Below are positions 19,645 through 30,547 of a stretch of 64,000 nucleotides of DNA, one piece after another. Each line of letters begins with the position of its first letter. Positions within the stretch are counted from its first letter, which is position 1. Source of the DNA: Treponema sp. (GTDB lineage: Bacteria; Spirochaetota; Spirochaetia; Treponematales; Treponemataceae). The stretch covers positions 11,613 through 75,612 of the forward strand of contig JAILIC010000146.1 of NCBI GenBank assembly GCA_024695475.1, given 5' to 3'. The translations under genes and the position numbers were made by a program. A model generated the notes under the pieces. It saw only the letters and a list, made by a program, of their open reading frames with translations, was not told the origin of the DNA and made no database searches.

Positions 19645-19764
19645 TATTCTCTCCATGGATTTGATTAAAGACCAATTAGCGGAAATGCTAATTATATTAT
19701 GTAACACATAAAAGGGACACGCTACATCACAGCATATTTTGTACATAGCTGTGAGTCAGTCCCA

Positions 19765-19802
19765 GAAAAAAGAAAAAAAACATGCAGGGTAGTCCCTGCA
19801 TG
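19765..19802 (-). terminator. intra-operon terminator/attenuator hairpin after mglB
   Basis: CATGCAGGG-ACTA-CCCTGCATG (19781-19802) followed on the minus strand by T8CT6. This is the classical arrangement that gives excess binding-protein transcript. Confidence 0.65.
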
Positions 19803-19821
19803 TCATTTTAATCAGAAATGA

Positions 19822-21069
<1,248 letters not shown>

Positions 21070-21105
21070 TCAGTACTTTCAAAATCTTTTATTCCTATGC
21101 ATATT

Positions 21106-21142
21106 ACTGTAATCGCAAAACTTAAACCTGTCAATCGATTGA
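21106..21142 (-). promoter_or_regulatory. putative sigma70 promoter of mglBAC with overlapping 12-bp palindrome
   Basis: Minus strand: TTGACA (21134-21129), 17 nt, TACAGT (21111-21106). The perfect palindrome TCAATCGATTGA (21131-21142) overlaps the -35. A CGATTACA half-site overlaps the -10. Confidence 0.4.
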
Positions 21143-21248
21143 TTACAATATTCTTTCGTTCGTGTAATAAAATGTCATTATAATCATTTACATTCTAATC
21201 ATTGCAATATACCGCAACTTATGCACCATTTGCTGCACAATGTACTAT

Positions 21249-22163
21249 TTACGCATTCTTCATACTATTTATAAATAACCCCACTAACATCAAAAAAATG
21301 CACACAAAACCAGCAGCATCCCATAAGGTAAATTGAGAACCTAAAAAAGTGCTGCTGATAATAGCTGCCGTTACTGGTTCTGCAAAGCTATACAAACTTG
21401 CTTTTTCTGGACCAATATAGGTCAAACCTGTCATATACAAATTAAATGCCAAAACGTTTCCGATCAGGATAACAAATAATATACCGAGTACCCCAAGGAA
21501 TGATGGTATATAATGCAACTTCCAAGGCTGAAACAGCAAAGCAAAGGCAATTCCGCCCATGAGAAACGCCCACCCCTGCAATAAGGGAGTCGGATACTTT
21601 TTTTGTAATTGCCCCGGAGTCATCGTATAAATAACGACACAGGACGCACAGCCCAAACCAGATATCAACGCCGCGGGGCTCAGAACCATAGACTGAGGAT
21701 TACCATGTGTCGTAAGCATAAACACACCACCTACAGCCAAGACAATAGCTACAATCTCAAGAACACGAGGAAGTCGCCGCTCTTGTAAGCAAATGACAGC
21801 CAAAATGATTACAGGTGATACATTTTGAATGATTGTTGCTGTTCCTGCATTTGATAACTGGATAGTAAAAAAATACAAAAACTGACAACAACTGATACCA
21901 CAAAGCCCATACACTATCATTCTGACGGCAGAACTTTTCGTTTTCCAGACATCCAAAACCAAAGAAGGATTAGTACATAAGTAATACGTTAGTAAAATTA
22001 TCCCTGCACATCCCAATCGGATAGGAACAAGCCACAATGATGTCATTCCTTGACGGGTAAATAAGTATTGCCCCACACAACCAGACAGGCCCCAGCATGC
22101 TCCACCACCCAATGTAAGCAATGCACCAATAACGTTTTTATTCATAGTATCTGCATTGTACAA
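21249..22163 (-). CDS. EamA/DMT-family transporter
   Basis: 304 aa, about 10 hydrophobic helices in two similar halves. Gly-rich helix ends typical of EamA repeats. Confidence 0.8.
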   Translation of the reverse strand: MYNADTMNKNVIGALLTLGGGACWGLSGCVGQYLFTRQGMTSLWLVPIRLGCAGIILLTYYLCTNPSLVLDVWKTKSSAVRMIVYGLCGISCCQFLYFFTIQLSNAGTATIIQNVSPVIILAVICLQERRLPRVLEIVAIVLAVGGVFMLTTHGNPQSMVLSPAALISGLGCASCVVIYTMTPGQLQKKYPTPLLQGWAFLMGGIAFALLFQPWKLHYIPSFLGVLGILFVILIGNVLAFNLYMTGLTYIGPEKASLYSFAEPVTAAIISSTFLGSQFTLWDAAGFVCIFLMLVGLFINSMKNA

Positions 22164-22297
22164 ATCTTATGTTCTTTATACAACAACTCTTATTCAGCTT
22201 GTCACATTGTACTTCCTTACGCTTATAGCTATAATCCAATAATATAGGTTATTCTAGGTATAGATTAGTATAGATTCTTAAACAAAAGGATATCTTT

Positions 22298-25200
22298 ATG
22301 AAAAACAAATTGTTTCAAAAAATAGGTAAAGTGCTCCAAATGATTTTTGGTACTTATACACCACCACAATGGGTAAAAAGTATACATGCATTCATTCATG
22401 GAACAACACCACAGTTAAAAAAAGCACGAAAAATCACTTGTTTTGTTATTATAGGTATTATTGTCTTAAAAATACTTTTGAGCATACTTTTTTCTACGAT
22501 AGGATTTATAACATCAAAAGGCTCTTCAAAAATATCAGTAGGATATGAATCTTCTGAATTATTTGACTTGCTTGATAATCCAAAACAGGCAGTCTCCTTT
22601 GAGTTTTATGGCTCTGTTATTAAAACCGATGCTATCTCACAACCGGTTACACAAAAAATACCTATCAAACCTGATATCCCTGGTACCTGGAGTTGGCAAG
22701 ACACAAATATTCTTGTTTTTACACCAGAACAAGAATGGAGCCTCGGAACTTCTTATTCCTTTACCTTCCCAAAGACACTTTTTGCTGATCATGTTCAGTT
22801 ACAAAACTATACAACAACTATTGAAGCACCAAGTTTTTATGCAGAAATTTGCAACGCCGAGTTTGAAGTAGATCCAGAAGATCCTTCTGTAAAGCGTATT
22901 TCATTTGAAATACAAGCGAACTTCCCCATCAATGATGCTGAAATCGACAAACTTATTACGCTTATTCCTGATATGAAAGTCCAAAAAAGCGGTCAGCTCG
23001 AAAAACGCTCTTACTCCTTTACCACTGGACTCAGTGAAAATAAGTGTACGCTTTATGTTGCATCAGAGTCCCTCGGTGTACCTGCAAAAGATACAGAGAT
23101 GCTTATTACAGTCAAACCTGGATTACAGTCAACTCGAGGCGGTACACCGCTCAAGGATTTAAAAGCCTCTGTTACGATTCCTGGATCAGAGTCTTATGCC
23201 AACATCAGTGACATAGATTTTTCATTGGTAAAAGATGAAGAACAAAATTATGAACAAATCATATCTATACAAACAACTGCAAAAATAAGTACTGACAATC
23301 TTAGTTCTAAGCTTGCTGTCTATGAGCTTCCTGTAGATCTTCCAGCAGCCCCAGGACATAAGGCCGTTAAAAATTATGAATGGATGTACATTGATGATGT
23401 AACCGCAGATGTATTGAGCAAATCAAAACAGCTTGAGTTGCAAGCACTTCCAACTGAACTGGAATACAGCTCACTTATCTCTTATAAAGTACATGCCACA
23501 CCAGGCCGCTATTTGTATATACAAATAAAAGAAGGTGCACATTTTTATGGCGACTACTACCTGGCAAAACCATATCTCAGTATCCTCCGCGTAAAAAACT
23601 ATCCAAAAGAAGTTTCGATCCTGTCAGAAGGTACTATGCTTTCTATGCAGGGCAGTCATATTATTCCTGTCTATACCAGAGGCATTGATAAAGTATGCTT
23701 TACCGTATGGCGGCTTAAACCGGAAGACTTAAATCATATAGTCTCAACATCAAATGGCAATATGAAAAACTTCCGATTTGGTAGTTATAATTTTGGAGCC
23801 GATAACGTCAGTGAAAAATATCAGCAGACATTCGAATTCCCATCATCTGATCCAAGTAAAGTACAATACCACGGCTTTGACTTTTCTAACCTGTTACAAA
23901 ATGACTATGCAAAAGGACTCCGTAATGGATTGTTCATTTTCCAAGTCAGTGATGAAGACAATAACTACACCGATAAGCGACTTATTCTTATCTCTGACCT
24001 TGGTACGTTTGTAAAAAAGAGTACTGATAACTCTCGTGATATATTTGTACAGTCAATTGCAACAGGGGCTCCTGTTGGCTCTGTACAGGTACAGGTAATT
24101 GCACGTAACGGTAATGTGCTCTCTACTGCTTACACAGCAGGTGACGGACATGCACAACTACCTGCACTCCCTACTCAGACCAACAACCACACCCCAGTTG
24201 CAATCACCATGCAATATGGAAATGATCTGGCATTTATTCCGTATACTAATAGTGATCGTACTTTGGATTACTCTAACTTTGAAACTGGTGGTGAGTACGG
24301 TACATCCGATCCTGATAAACTCCATGCATACCTCTTCTCAGACAGAGGCATTTATCGCCCAGGCGATCAAGCGCATATTGGACTTATTATTAAAGCAGGC
24401 AACTGGAATAAACGTATCGAAGGTACCCCACTTTCCTATACTATCACCGATCCTAATGGCACCGAAATTGCAAATAAAGAGTTTAGTCTTGGCGCTGACG
24501 GCTTTGAGGAAATCGCCTTTACCACTCAGGATTATTCTCCAACCGGTGTCTACGATGTATCTGTATATTTGCTTACTAAAAAAGATGGCAAAATAACAAA
24601 ACGCACCTATCTCGGTAGCGAGAGTGTCAAAATTGAAGAGTTTTTACCGGATACGCTGTCTATCGCAACAACATTTGATCCACTCCCCAATGAAGGCTGG
24701 ATAAAACCTGGTAACCTGAGTGCCCAAGTCACCTTACGCAATCTCTTTGGTACACCTGCTGCCGGTAATACCGTAAAAGCACAAATGGAACTCACACCAG
24801 GCTTCCCAACCTTTAATAAGTACAAAGGCTATCAGTTTATTGATCCTCTCAACACAACCAACTCCTATAGTGAATTGCTTAGTGAACAGGAAACCGATGA
24901 CAACGGTCATACCACATTTGATATAGATATTCATAAGTTTACAAATGCATCATATCGCCTGCGCGTCTATACCGAAGGATATGAAAAAGGCAGCGGTCGA
25001 AGTGTCGCTTCCGAGGTACAAACGTTTGTATCTCCGCTGGATTACATGGTCGGTGTAAAATCTGATGGTGACCTGTCATATATGACTAAAGATACAAAGC
25101 GTATCATGAGTTTTATCGCTATTGATCCTAACTTGCAGCAGATAGCTGTACAAAATATTAAACTACGTATTCTCGAAAACCGCTATGTTTCTGTATTGGT

Positions 25201-28039
25201 CAAACAGCCAAATGGTGTATACAAATATCAATCAGTCAAAAAAGAGTATCCCGTTACTGATAGTACCATCTCTATTCCTGCATCAGGATTACAGTATGCA
25301 CTGCCAGTAGATACTCAAGGTGACTTCGTATTGATACTCGAAAACGAACAGGGATTGCAGCTGGCAAAAACGACTTATTCTGTCATTGGTGAAAAGAATA
25401 TCCAGCGCAGCCTCTCACGCACAGCAGAACTAGAAATAAAAACTTCTAAATCGGACTTTAGCCATGGTGAGCAGATACAGCTGTTTATCAAGGCGCCATA
25501 TGCAGGTTCCGGACTTATCGCAATCGAACGTGACAAGGTGTATGCATACAAATGGTTTACCTCAAATGGATCTTCTACCGTACAGACCATCACCGTTCCT
25601 AAAGAATTGGAAGGCAATGGATATGTCACTGTCATGTACTCACGTAACTATAACTCACCAGAAATTTACATGAGCCCATTCTGTTATGCGGCAGTTCCAT
25701 TCTCTGTAAGTCTTAAAGACAAGCAGAATAATATTACTCTTACCGTACCTGACGAAGTAAAACCAGGAACGGATTATACAATACAGTATAAGACATCTCA
25801 AAAAGGTAAGATTGCACTCTTTGCTGTAGATGAAGGAATTTTGCAAGTAGCTCGGTACACCACTCCTGATCCGCTTTCTTCTTTTTATAAAAAGCGGGCT
25901 TTGGAAGTAACGACAACTCAATTATTAGACTTGGTTCTTCCTGAATATAAAATACTTAAAACCGTAACCGCAACCGGTGGTGGTGCTGGCTATGATATGC
26001 TTGCTCACAACCTCAACCCATTTAAACGTAAACAAAACAAACCGGTAGCCTATTGGTCTGGTATTATCGATAGCGATACTACAACCCGCAGTGTCACCTA
26101 CCACATACCAGATTACTTTAATGGCACGCTCCGTGTTATGGCAGTTGCTGTCTCTGATACAACCCTAGGTGTTGCCCGCACATCTACAACCGTCAAAAAT
26201 ACGTTTGTAATCGTACCAAACACACCACTGTTTGCCTCTCCTGGAGATGAATGTGACATATCAGTTACCGTTACCAATAACGAAAAGAACTCTGGACAAA
26301 ATGCTCCAGTTACATTGAGCGTACTCCCCAGCAAACATTTATCTATTATTGGTGATACCCGAGTAAGCTTACACATCAATGAAGGGCAAGATGCAACTGC
26401 AACATTTAAAGTAAAAGCTAATGATATCGTTGGTGGAGCCAGTCTCGACTTTATTGCATCGTCTGCAAAAGAAGAAGTAAAAACCTGTGCAACACTGAGC
26501 GTACGCCCCGCAAGCCCTTATCAAGTTTGGCTTACCAGTGGAGCGCTGCGAAAAGACTCAGATACCATTGATGTAAATCGCAAATTATATGATGAGTATG
26601 CAACACGGCAAGTGTCATTATCGTATCTACCACTCGCACTTGCAAAAGGGCTCTTCTTCTATCTTGATACATATCCATATGGCTGTTCTGAGCAGGTAAC
26701 CAGTGCAGCATATCCATATTTGTTCCCTGATTTGCTTAAAGACAGTGCAAAGACACGTGCCGATGCACAACAGGCGGTAGATAATGTGATTGCTATTTTG
26801 CAAGCACGTCAAAAACAGGATGGTACTATCGGCTATTGGACAAACATGTCATATAGCTACGACTCGCTTGATGCGTATTGTGCACTGTTCCTTACTGATG
26901 CACGAGAGCGTGGCTATTACGTTCCTGCATCCCTTATGGATCGCCTGCTTGATGCCCTCAAAGTACATGCAGTCGAGTCTTCTATTTATGGTAGAGCCTT
27001 TAGCATTTATGTACTTACACGTAATCAGATGGTTACTACAAGTTTTATCGAAAATCTCCGTAAAAATGATGAGATGATGCAAATCCAAAGCAATGATGCA
27101 AGTGCCCGCACTATCCTCTCAAGCATCTTCCTTGCTGCTACATATAAGATGTTACAGCAAGATAACGAAGCTACTGCATTGCTGTCAAAAATACGAAGAA
27201 ATGTACAGTTTAAGGAAGATGAAGGTCTCCCATTCGTTGATCCATTGTACCTTGCTTCGCTGTATTTGGAACTGATTGCTCGACACTTCCCAGAGCGGCT
27301 TAAAGATATATCTATCGATCAACTTACGACAATCGAAAAGGAATTATCAGGCAATAACTATACCTCGTTCTCTGCAGCCATGACACTCATAGCCCTGCAA
27401 GACTATCTTGCAGCAGTGCCGGGAGCCGCACATGGCAAATACACCATAACCCAAACTATTGGTAAAGATAAAACAACGCTTACCCCAAAAGGTGAAGCAG
27501 TCTTTAGTGCAGATTTTGCAGGTAATGCCGAAAAGCTTCTGCTTGGCAACAACGAAAAGATCCCATTGTTCTATCAAGTTACTCATGCAGGATTTATGCA
27601 CGAAGCAATCCAAAAAGAGACAAAAGATGGTATTGAAGTGTATCGTGAATTCTTAACAGAAGACTTAAAGCCACTCTCTCTTGAGGATATCCATATTGGT
27701 GACACTGTATGTATCCGAGTGTGGTATCGTACTGTAAATGCAAAGCGACCTGTCATTAAAAATGTTGCCATAGTAGATTTACTGTCAGCAGGATTAGAAG
27801 CTGATATTACATCTGTACGCGAAGCCGAACACGAAGGACCAATCGACTATGTTGATGTACGCGAAGACCGTTTGGTATTATTTACTACAGCAAACACCGA
27901 TTTACAGTCATTTACGTACAAGGCAAAAGCAATCAACACCGGATCCTTCTCTGTCCCGCCTTTGTTTGCACAGGCTATGTATGACAATACTATCCGTGCA
28001 ATACAGCCACAAAAGACACTAAAGATAACTGGCAAATAA
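22298..28039 (+). CDS. bacterial alpha-2-macroglobulin (YfhM-like), thioester-containing, membrane-anchored
   Basis: 1913 aa. N-terminal signal-anchor helix ITCFVIIGIIVLKILLSILFSTIGFI with no lipobox. Long beta-rich MG-domain region. Thioester motif CSEQ at 26684-26695 within YPYGCSEQVTSAAYPYLF. The TAATG stop/start overlaps pbpC. Confidence 0.92.
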   Translation: MKNKLFQKIGKVLQMIFGTYTPPQWVKSIHAFIHGTTPQLKKARKITCFVIIGIIVLKILLSILFSTIGFITSKGSSKISVGYESSELFDLLDNPKQAVSFEFYGSVIKTDAISQPVTQKIPIKPDIPGTWSWQDTNILVFTPEQEWSLGTSYSFTFPKTLFADHVQLQNYTTTIEAPSFYAEICNAEFEVDPEDPSVKRISFEIQANFPINDAEIDKLITLIPDMKVQKSGQLEKRSYSFTTGLSENKCTLYVASESLGVPAKDTEMLITVKPGLQSTRGGTPLKDLKASVTIPGSESYANISDIDFSLVKDEEQNYEQIISIQTTAKISTDNLSSKLAVYELPVDLPAAPGHKAVKNYEWMYIDDVTADVLSKSKQLELQALPTELEYSSLISYKVHATPGRYLYIQIKEGAHFYGDYYLAKPYLSILRVKNYPKEVSILSEGTMLSMQGSHIIPVYTRGIDKVCFTVWRLKPEDLNHIVSTSNGNMKNFRFGSYNFGADNVSEKYQQTFEFPSSDPSKVQYHGFDFSNLLQNDYAKGLRNGLFIFQVSDEDNNYTDKRLILISDLGTFVKKSTDNSRDIFVQSIATGAPVGSVQVQVIARNGNVLSTAYTAGDGHAQLPALPTQTNNHTPVAITMQYGNDLAFIPYTNSDRTLDYSNFETGGEYGTSDPDKLHAYLFSDRGIYRPGDQAHIGLIIKAGNWNKRIEGTPLSYTITDPNGTEIANKEFSLGADGFEEIAFTTQDYSPTGVYDVSVYLLTKKDGKITKRTYLGSESVKIEEFLPDTLSIATTFDPLPNEGWIKPGNLSAQVTLRNLFGTPAAGNTVKAQMELTPGFPTFNKYKGYQFIDPLNTTNSYSELLSEQETDDNGHTTFDIDIHKFTNASYRLRVYTEGYEKGSGRSVASEVQTFVSPLDYMVGVKSDGDLSYMTKDTKRIMSFIAIDPNLQQIAVQNIKLRILENRYVSVLVKQPNGVYKYQSVKKEYPVTDSTISIPASGLQYALPVDTQGDFVLILENEQGLQLAKTTYSVIGEKNIQRSLSRTAELEIKTSKSDFSHGEQIQLFIKAPYAGSGLIAIERDKVYAYKWFTSNGSSTVQTITVPKELEGNGYVTVMYSRNYNSPEIYMSPFCYAAVPFSVSLKDKQNNITLTVPDEVKPGTDYTIQYKTSQKGKIALFAVDEGILQVARYTTPDPLSSFYKKRALEVTTTQLLDLVLPEYKILKTVTATGGGAGYDMLAHNLNPFKRKQNKPVAYWSGIIDSDTTTRSVTYHIPDYFNGTLRVMAVAVSDTTLGVARTSTTVKNTFVIVPNTPLFASPGDECDISVTVTNNEKNSGQNAPVTLSVLPSKHLSIIGDTRVSLHINEGQDATATFKVKANDIVGGASLDFIASSAKEEVKTCATLSVRPASPYQVWLTSGALRKDSDTIDVNRKLYDEYATRQVSLSYLPLALAKGLFFYLDTYPYGCSEQVTSAAYPYLFPDLLKDSAKTRADAQQAVDNVIAILQARQKQDGTIGYWTNMSYSYDSLDAYCALFLTDARERGYYVPASLMDRLLDALKVHAVESSIYGRAFSIYVLTRNQMVTTSFIENLRKNDEMMQIQSNDASARTILSSIFLAATYKMLQQDNEATALLSKIRRNVQFKEDEGLPFVDPLYLASLYLELIARHFPERLKDISIDQLTTIEKELSGNNYTSFSAAMTLIALQDYLAAVPGAAHGKYTITQTIGKDKTTLTPKGEAVFSADFAGNAEKLLLGNNEKIPLFYQVTHAGFMHEAIQKETKDGIEVYREFLTEDLKPLSLEDIHIGDTVCIRVWYRTVNAKRPVIKNVAIVDLLSAGLEADITSVREAEHEGPIDYVDVREDRLVLFTTANTDLQSFTYKAKAINTGSFSVPPLFAQAMYDNTIRAIQPQKTLKITGK

Positions 28040-30420
28040 TGCTACGTGTCATCCATAAAAAAATATGGTGCATAGCGGCAATACTCTTCTGTATTGCCGC
28101 TTTTATTGGCTGTGATTACTTAGTATCACACAAACGCCATATTTTGTACGGCATTCCTTTTTCGGGTACCTATGCAGATTGCAATGGTACCCTATTACAT
28201 ATCTATCTCACTCCTGATCAAAATTACCGGGTATATAAACCAATAGAAGAGTATCCAATGTCATTTATTCAGGCGCTCTTATTGCAAGAGGATAAACGAT
28301 TTTACTCTCATTGTGGCATTAACCCTGTAGCACTCGTCCGTGCTGCCACCGAAACCTATATACATCATAGCCGTCGTATTGGTGCGTCAACCATTACCAT
28401 GCAGACGGCAAAACTTAAATACCACCTCTATACAAAAACAATACGAGGCAAATTACTCCAAATATTTTTAGCACTTCGTTTAGAGTTTCTGTACTCAAAA
28501 CAAGAGATACTTGACGCATACGTTAATCTGGTTCCTTGTGGCAAAAATATCGAAGGCTTTGAAACTGCCGCTCGCTATTACTTTGCAAAAGGAATAGAAC
28601 AGCTCAATATTTCTGAGCAACTATTGCTTTGCGTCATACCACAAAATCCAGCAGCACGCACACCATCACTCGCTTCAGTACCACAAGCACTACTCGATGC
28701 ACGGCAACGCCTTTTTGAACAATGGATTGCAGTTAATCCCCAGGACACTGACTTACAGACTTTTATTTCGTTACCTCCAGATCTTACCTGTCGCTTTCCT
28801 GATCACGCTCCGCATTTTACCCGTATGATTGAGCAAAAACGGCAGTCTCAACAAGGAAACAATCCGGCACGTCCCCAAGGAGTTATACCTACAACACTCG
28901 ATACAACACTGCAAAATCTCTGTTCCTATCGTATACAGCAGTATTTACGCCAAAATCATCACCTGGGAGTACAAAACGCAGCCGTACTCCTTCTTGATTA
29001 TACCACTATGCATATACTTGCTGATATTGGCTCAGCAGGCTTTTATAACGACAGCATACAGGGGCAAGTTGATGCAAATATTTCAAAGCGATCTCCCGGT
29101 TCCACGTTAAAACCATTTATCTATGCTCTTGCCTTACAGCAGGGAATCATTCATTATGCAACTATGCTCAAAGATACACCTTCCAGTTTTAGTGAATACA
29201 CACCAGACAACTATAACAGCATCTATAAAGGCCCCATTAAAGCCTGGAGTGCACTTACCGAGAGCCGCAATATTCCAGCCATAACACTGGCACGACAAAT
29301 ACACGAACCTGACCTCTATGATTTTCTTATACGAGGTGGCATACAAGGTCTAAAACCAAAAGACACCTATGGTCTTTCAATCGTTCTTGGCAGTGCAGAA
29401 GTTACACCATTTGAGCTTGTTACACTCTACGCAGCACTGGCAAATGATGGACTTGAACAACATGTCCGTATAGCAGAAGATAACACCCTTTCTGATGCAT
29501 GTGGCATGCCTTATTTTACCCCTCATGAACTGTTTAGCAAGGAGTCCGCTTTTATCGTCCGTACGATGCTGGAACAAAATCCGCCCCCAGACACCCGCCC
29601 TACTGGAAATAAAGATACTTCTGTTGCTTTTAAAACTGGTACCTCGATAGGTTTTAAAGATTGCTGGACGGTCGGTATTTTTGATCGCTATGTACTTTGT
29701 GTCTGGATTGGTAATTTTGATGGACTTGGCAATAATGCTTTTATAGGTCGATCACTTGCAACACCTTTATTCTTTACTATTGCCGACAGTATACTCGCAA
29801 CCATACCTTATAAAGATAGAATTGTACCTAAGCCAGCCCCTAAAACGGTAAAGCAAATTCCTGTATGCAGTGTATCAGGATATTTACCAGGCCCCCATTG
29901 CCCTCATACTGAACTCGCCTGGTTTATACCAGGTGTCTCACCAATTACTACCTGCCGTATTCATCGTAGTATCGCTATTGATACCCGAAGCGGTTATCGC
30001 ACTGATGATTTAGACAATCCCTACACAAAACAGGTTGTACGAGAGTTTTGGCCAAGTGATTTACTTGCCCTTTTTGAACAGGCAGGCCTCCCCCGGCTGA
30101 CACCACCAGATTATCCACCAAAAGAGCATCGCCTTGATACCTCTCTTGTCGGCTATCCACCGCAAATCATATCGCCTCTACGTTATACAAAGTATGTATT
30201 TCGCTCACAGGACACCAGTAAGAATGTCCTCATCCTATCAGCTGCAGCCGATGCTGATACAGACGAACTGTTTTGGTTTAATGGTACAACATTCATCACT
30301 CGAACCAAGCCTGGCGAAAAATACGAATGGCGCCCACAACCCGGTACTTATGAGCTTACCGTATGTGATACAAAGGGACGTAGTTCCGCAATTAACGTAA
30401 ATATTCAAATGGAACGCTAA
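28039..30420 (+). CDS. pbpC: penicillin-binding protein 1C
   Basis: GT51 motifs EDKRFYSHCGINP and GASTITMQTAKL. Transpeptidase SxxK (SPGSTLKPF), SxN (ESRNIPA), KTG (FKTGTS). PBP1C-type C-terminal beta domain. Translationally coupled to the A2M gene. Confidence 0.93.
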   Translation: MLRVIHKKIWCIAAILFCIAAFIGCDYLVSHKRHILYGIPFSGTYADCNGTLLHIYLTPDQNYRVYKPIEEYPMSFIQALLLQEDKRFYSHCGINPVALVRAATETYIHHSRRIGASTITMQTAKLKYHLYTKTIRGKLLQIFLALRLEFLYSKQEILDAYVNLVPCGKNIEGFETAARYYFAKGIEQLNISEQLLLCVIPQNPAARTPSLASVPQALLDARQRLFEQWIAVNPQDTDLQTFISLPPDLTCRFPDHAPHFTRMIEQKRQSQQGNNPARPQGVIPTTLDTTLQNLCSYRIQQYLRQNHHLGVQNAAVLLLDYTTMHILADIGSAGFYNDSIQGQVDANISKRSPGSTLKPFIYALALQQGIIHYATMLKDTPSSFSEYTPDNYNSIYKGPIKAWSALTESRNIPAITLARQIHEPDLYDFLIRGGIQGLKPKDTYGLSIVLGSAEVTPFELVTLYAALANDGLEQHVRIAEDNTLSDACGMPYFTPHELFSKESAFIVRTMLEQNPPPDTRPTGNKDTSVAFKTGTSIGFKDCWTVGIFDRYVLCVWIGNFDGLGNNAFIGRSLATPLFFTIADSILATIPYKDRIVPKPAPKTVKQIPVCSVSGYLPGPHCPHTELAWFIPGVSPITTCRIHRSIAIDTRSGYRTDDLDNPYTKQVVREFWPSDLLALFEQAGLPRLTPPDYPPKEHRLDTSLVGYPPQIISPLRYTKYVFRSQDTSKNVLILSAAADADTDELFWFNGTTFITRTKPGEKYEWRPQPGTYELTVCDTKGRSSAINVNIQMER

Positions 30421-30547
30421 TTTTTTGTATCTTGTTTCTCGATTATGTAGCGTATTTCCCTTACTTTTATTTTACCACTGGTCGTAACTTATAATTGTTC
30501 CTATAATGGGGTATAACATAAAGGGTAAAAGGGGAATATATATAAAA

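Noticed and set aside
22298-28039. The alpha-2-macroglobulin gene could be eukaryotic contamination
   Set aside because: It is embedded in bacterial context, overlaps pbpC translationally, has bacterial codon usage and SD, and matches the known bacterial YfhM-PbpC arrangement.
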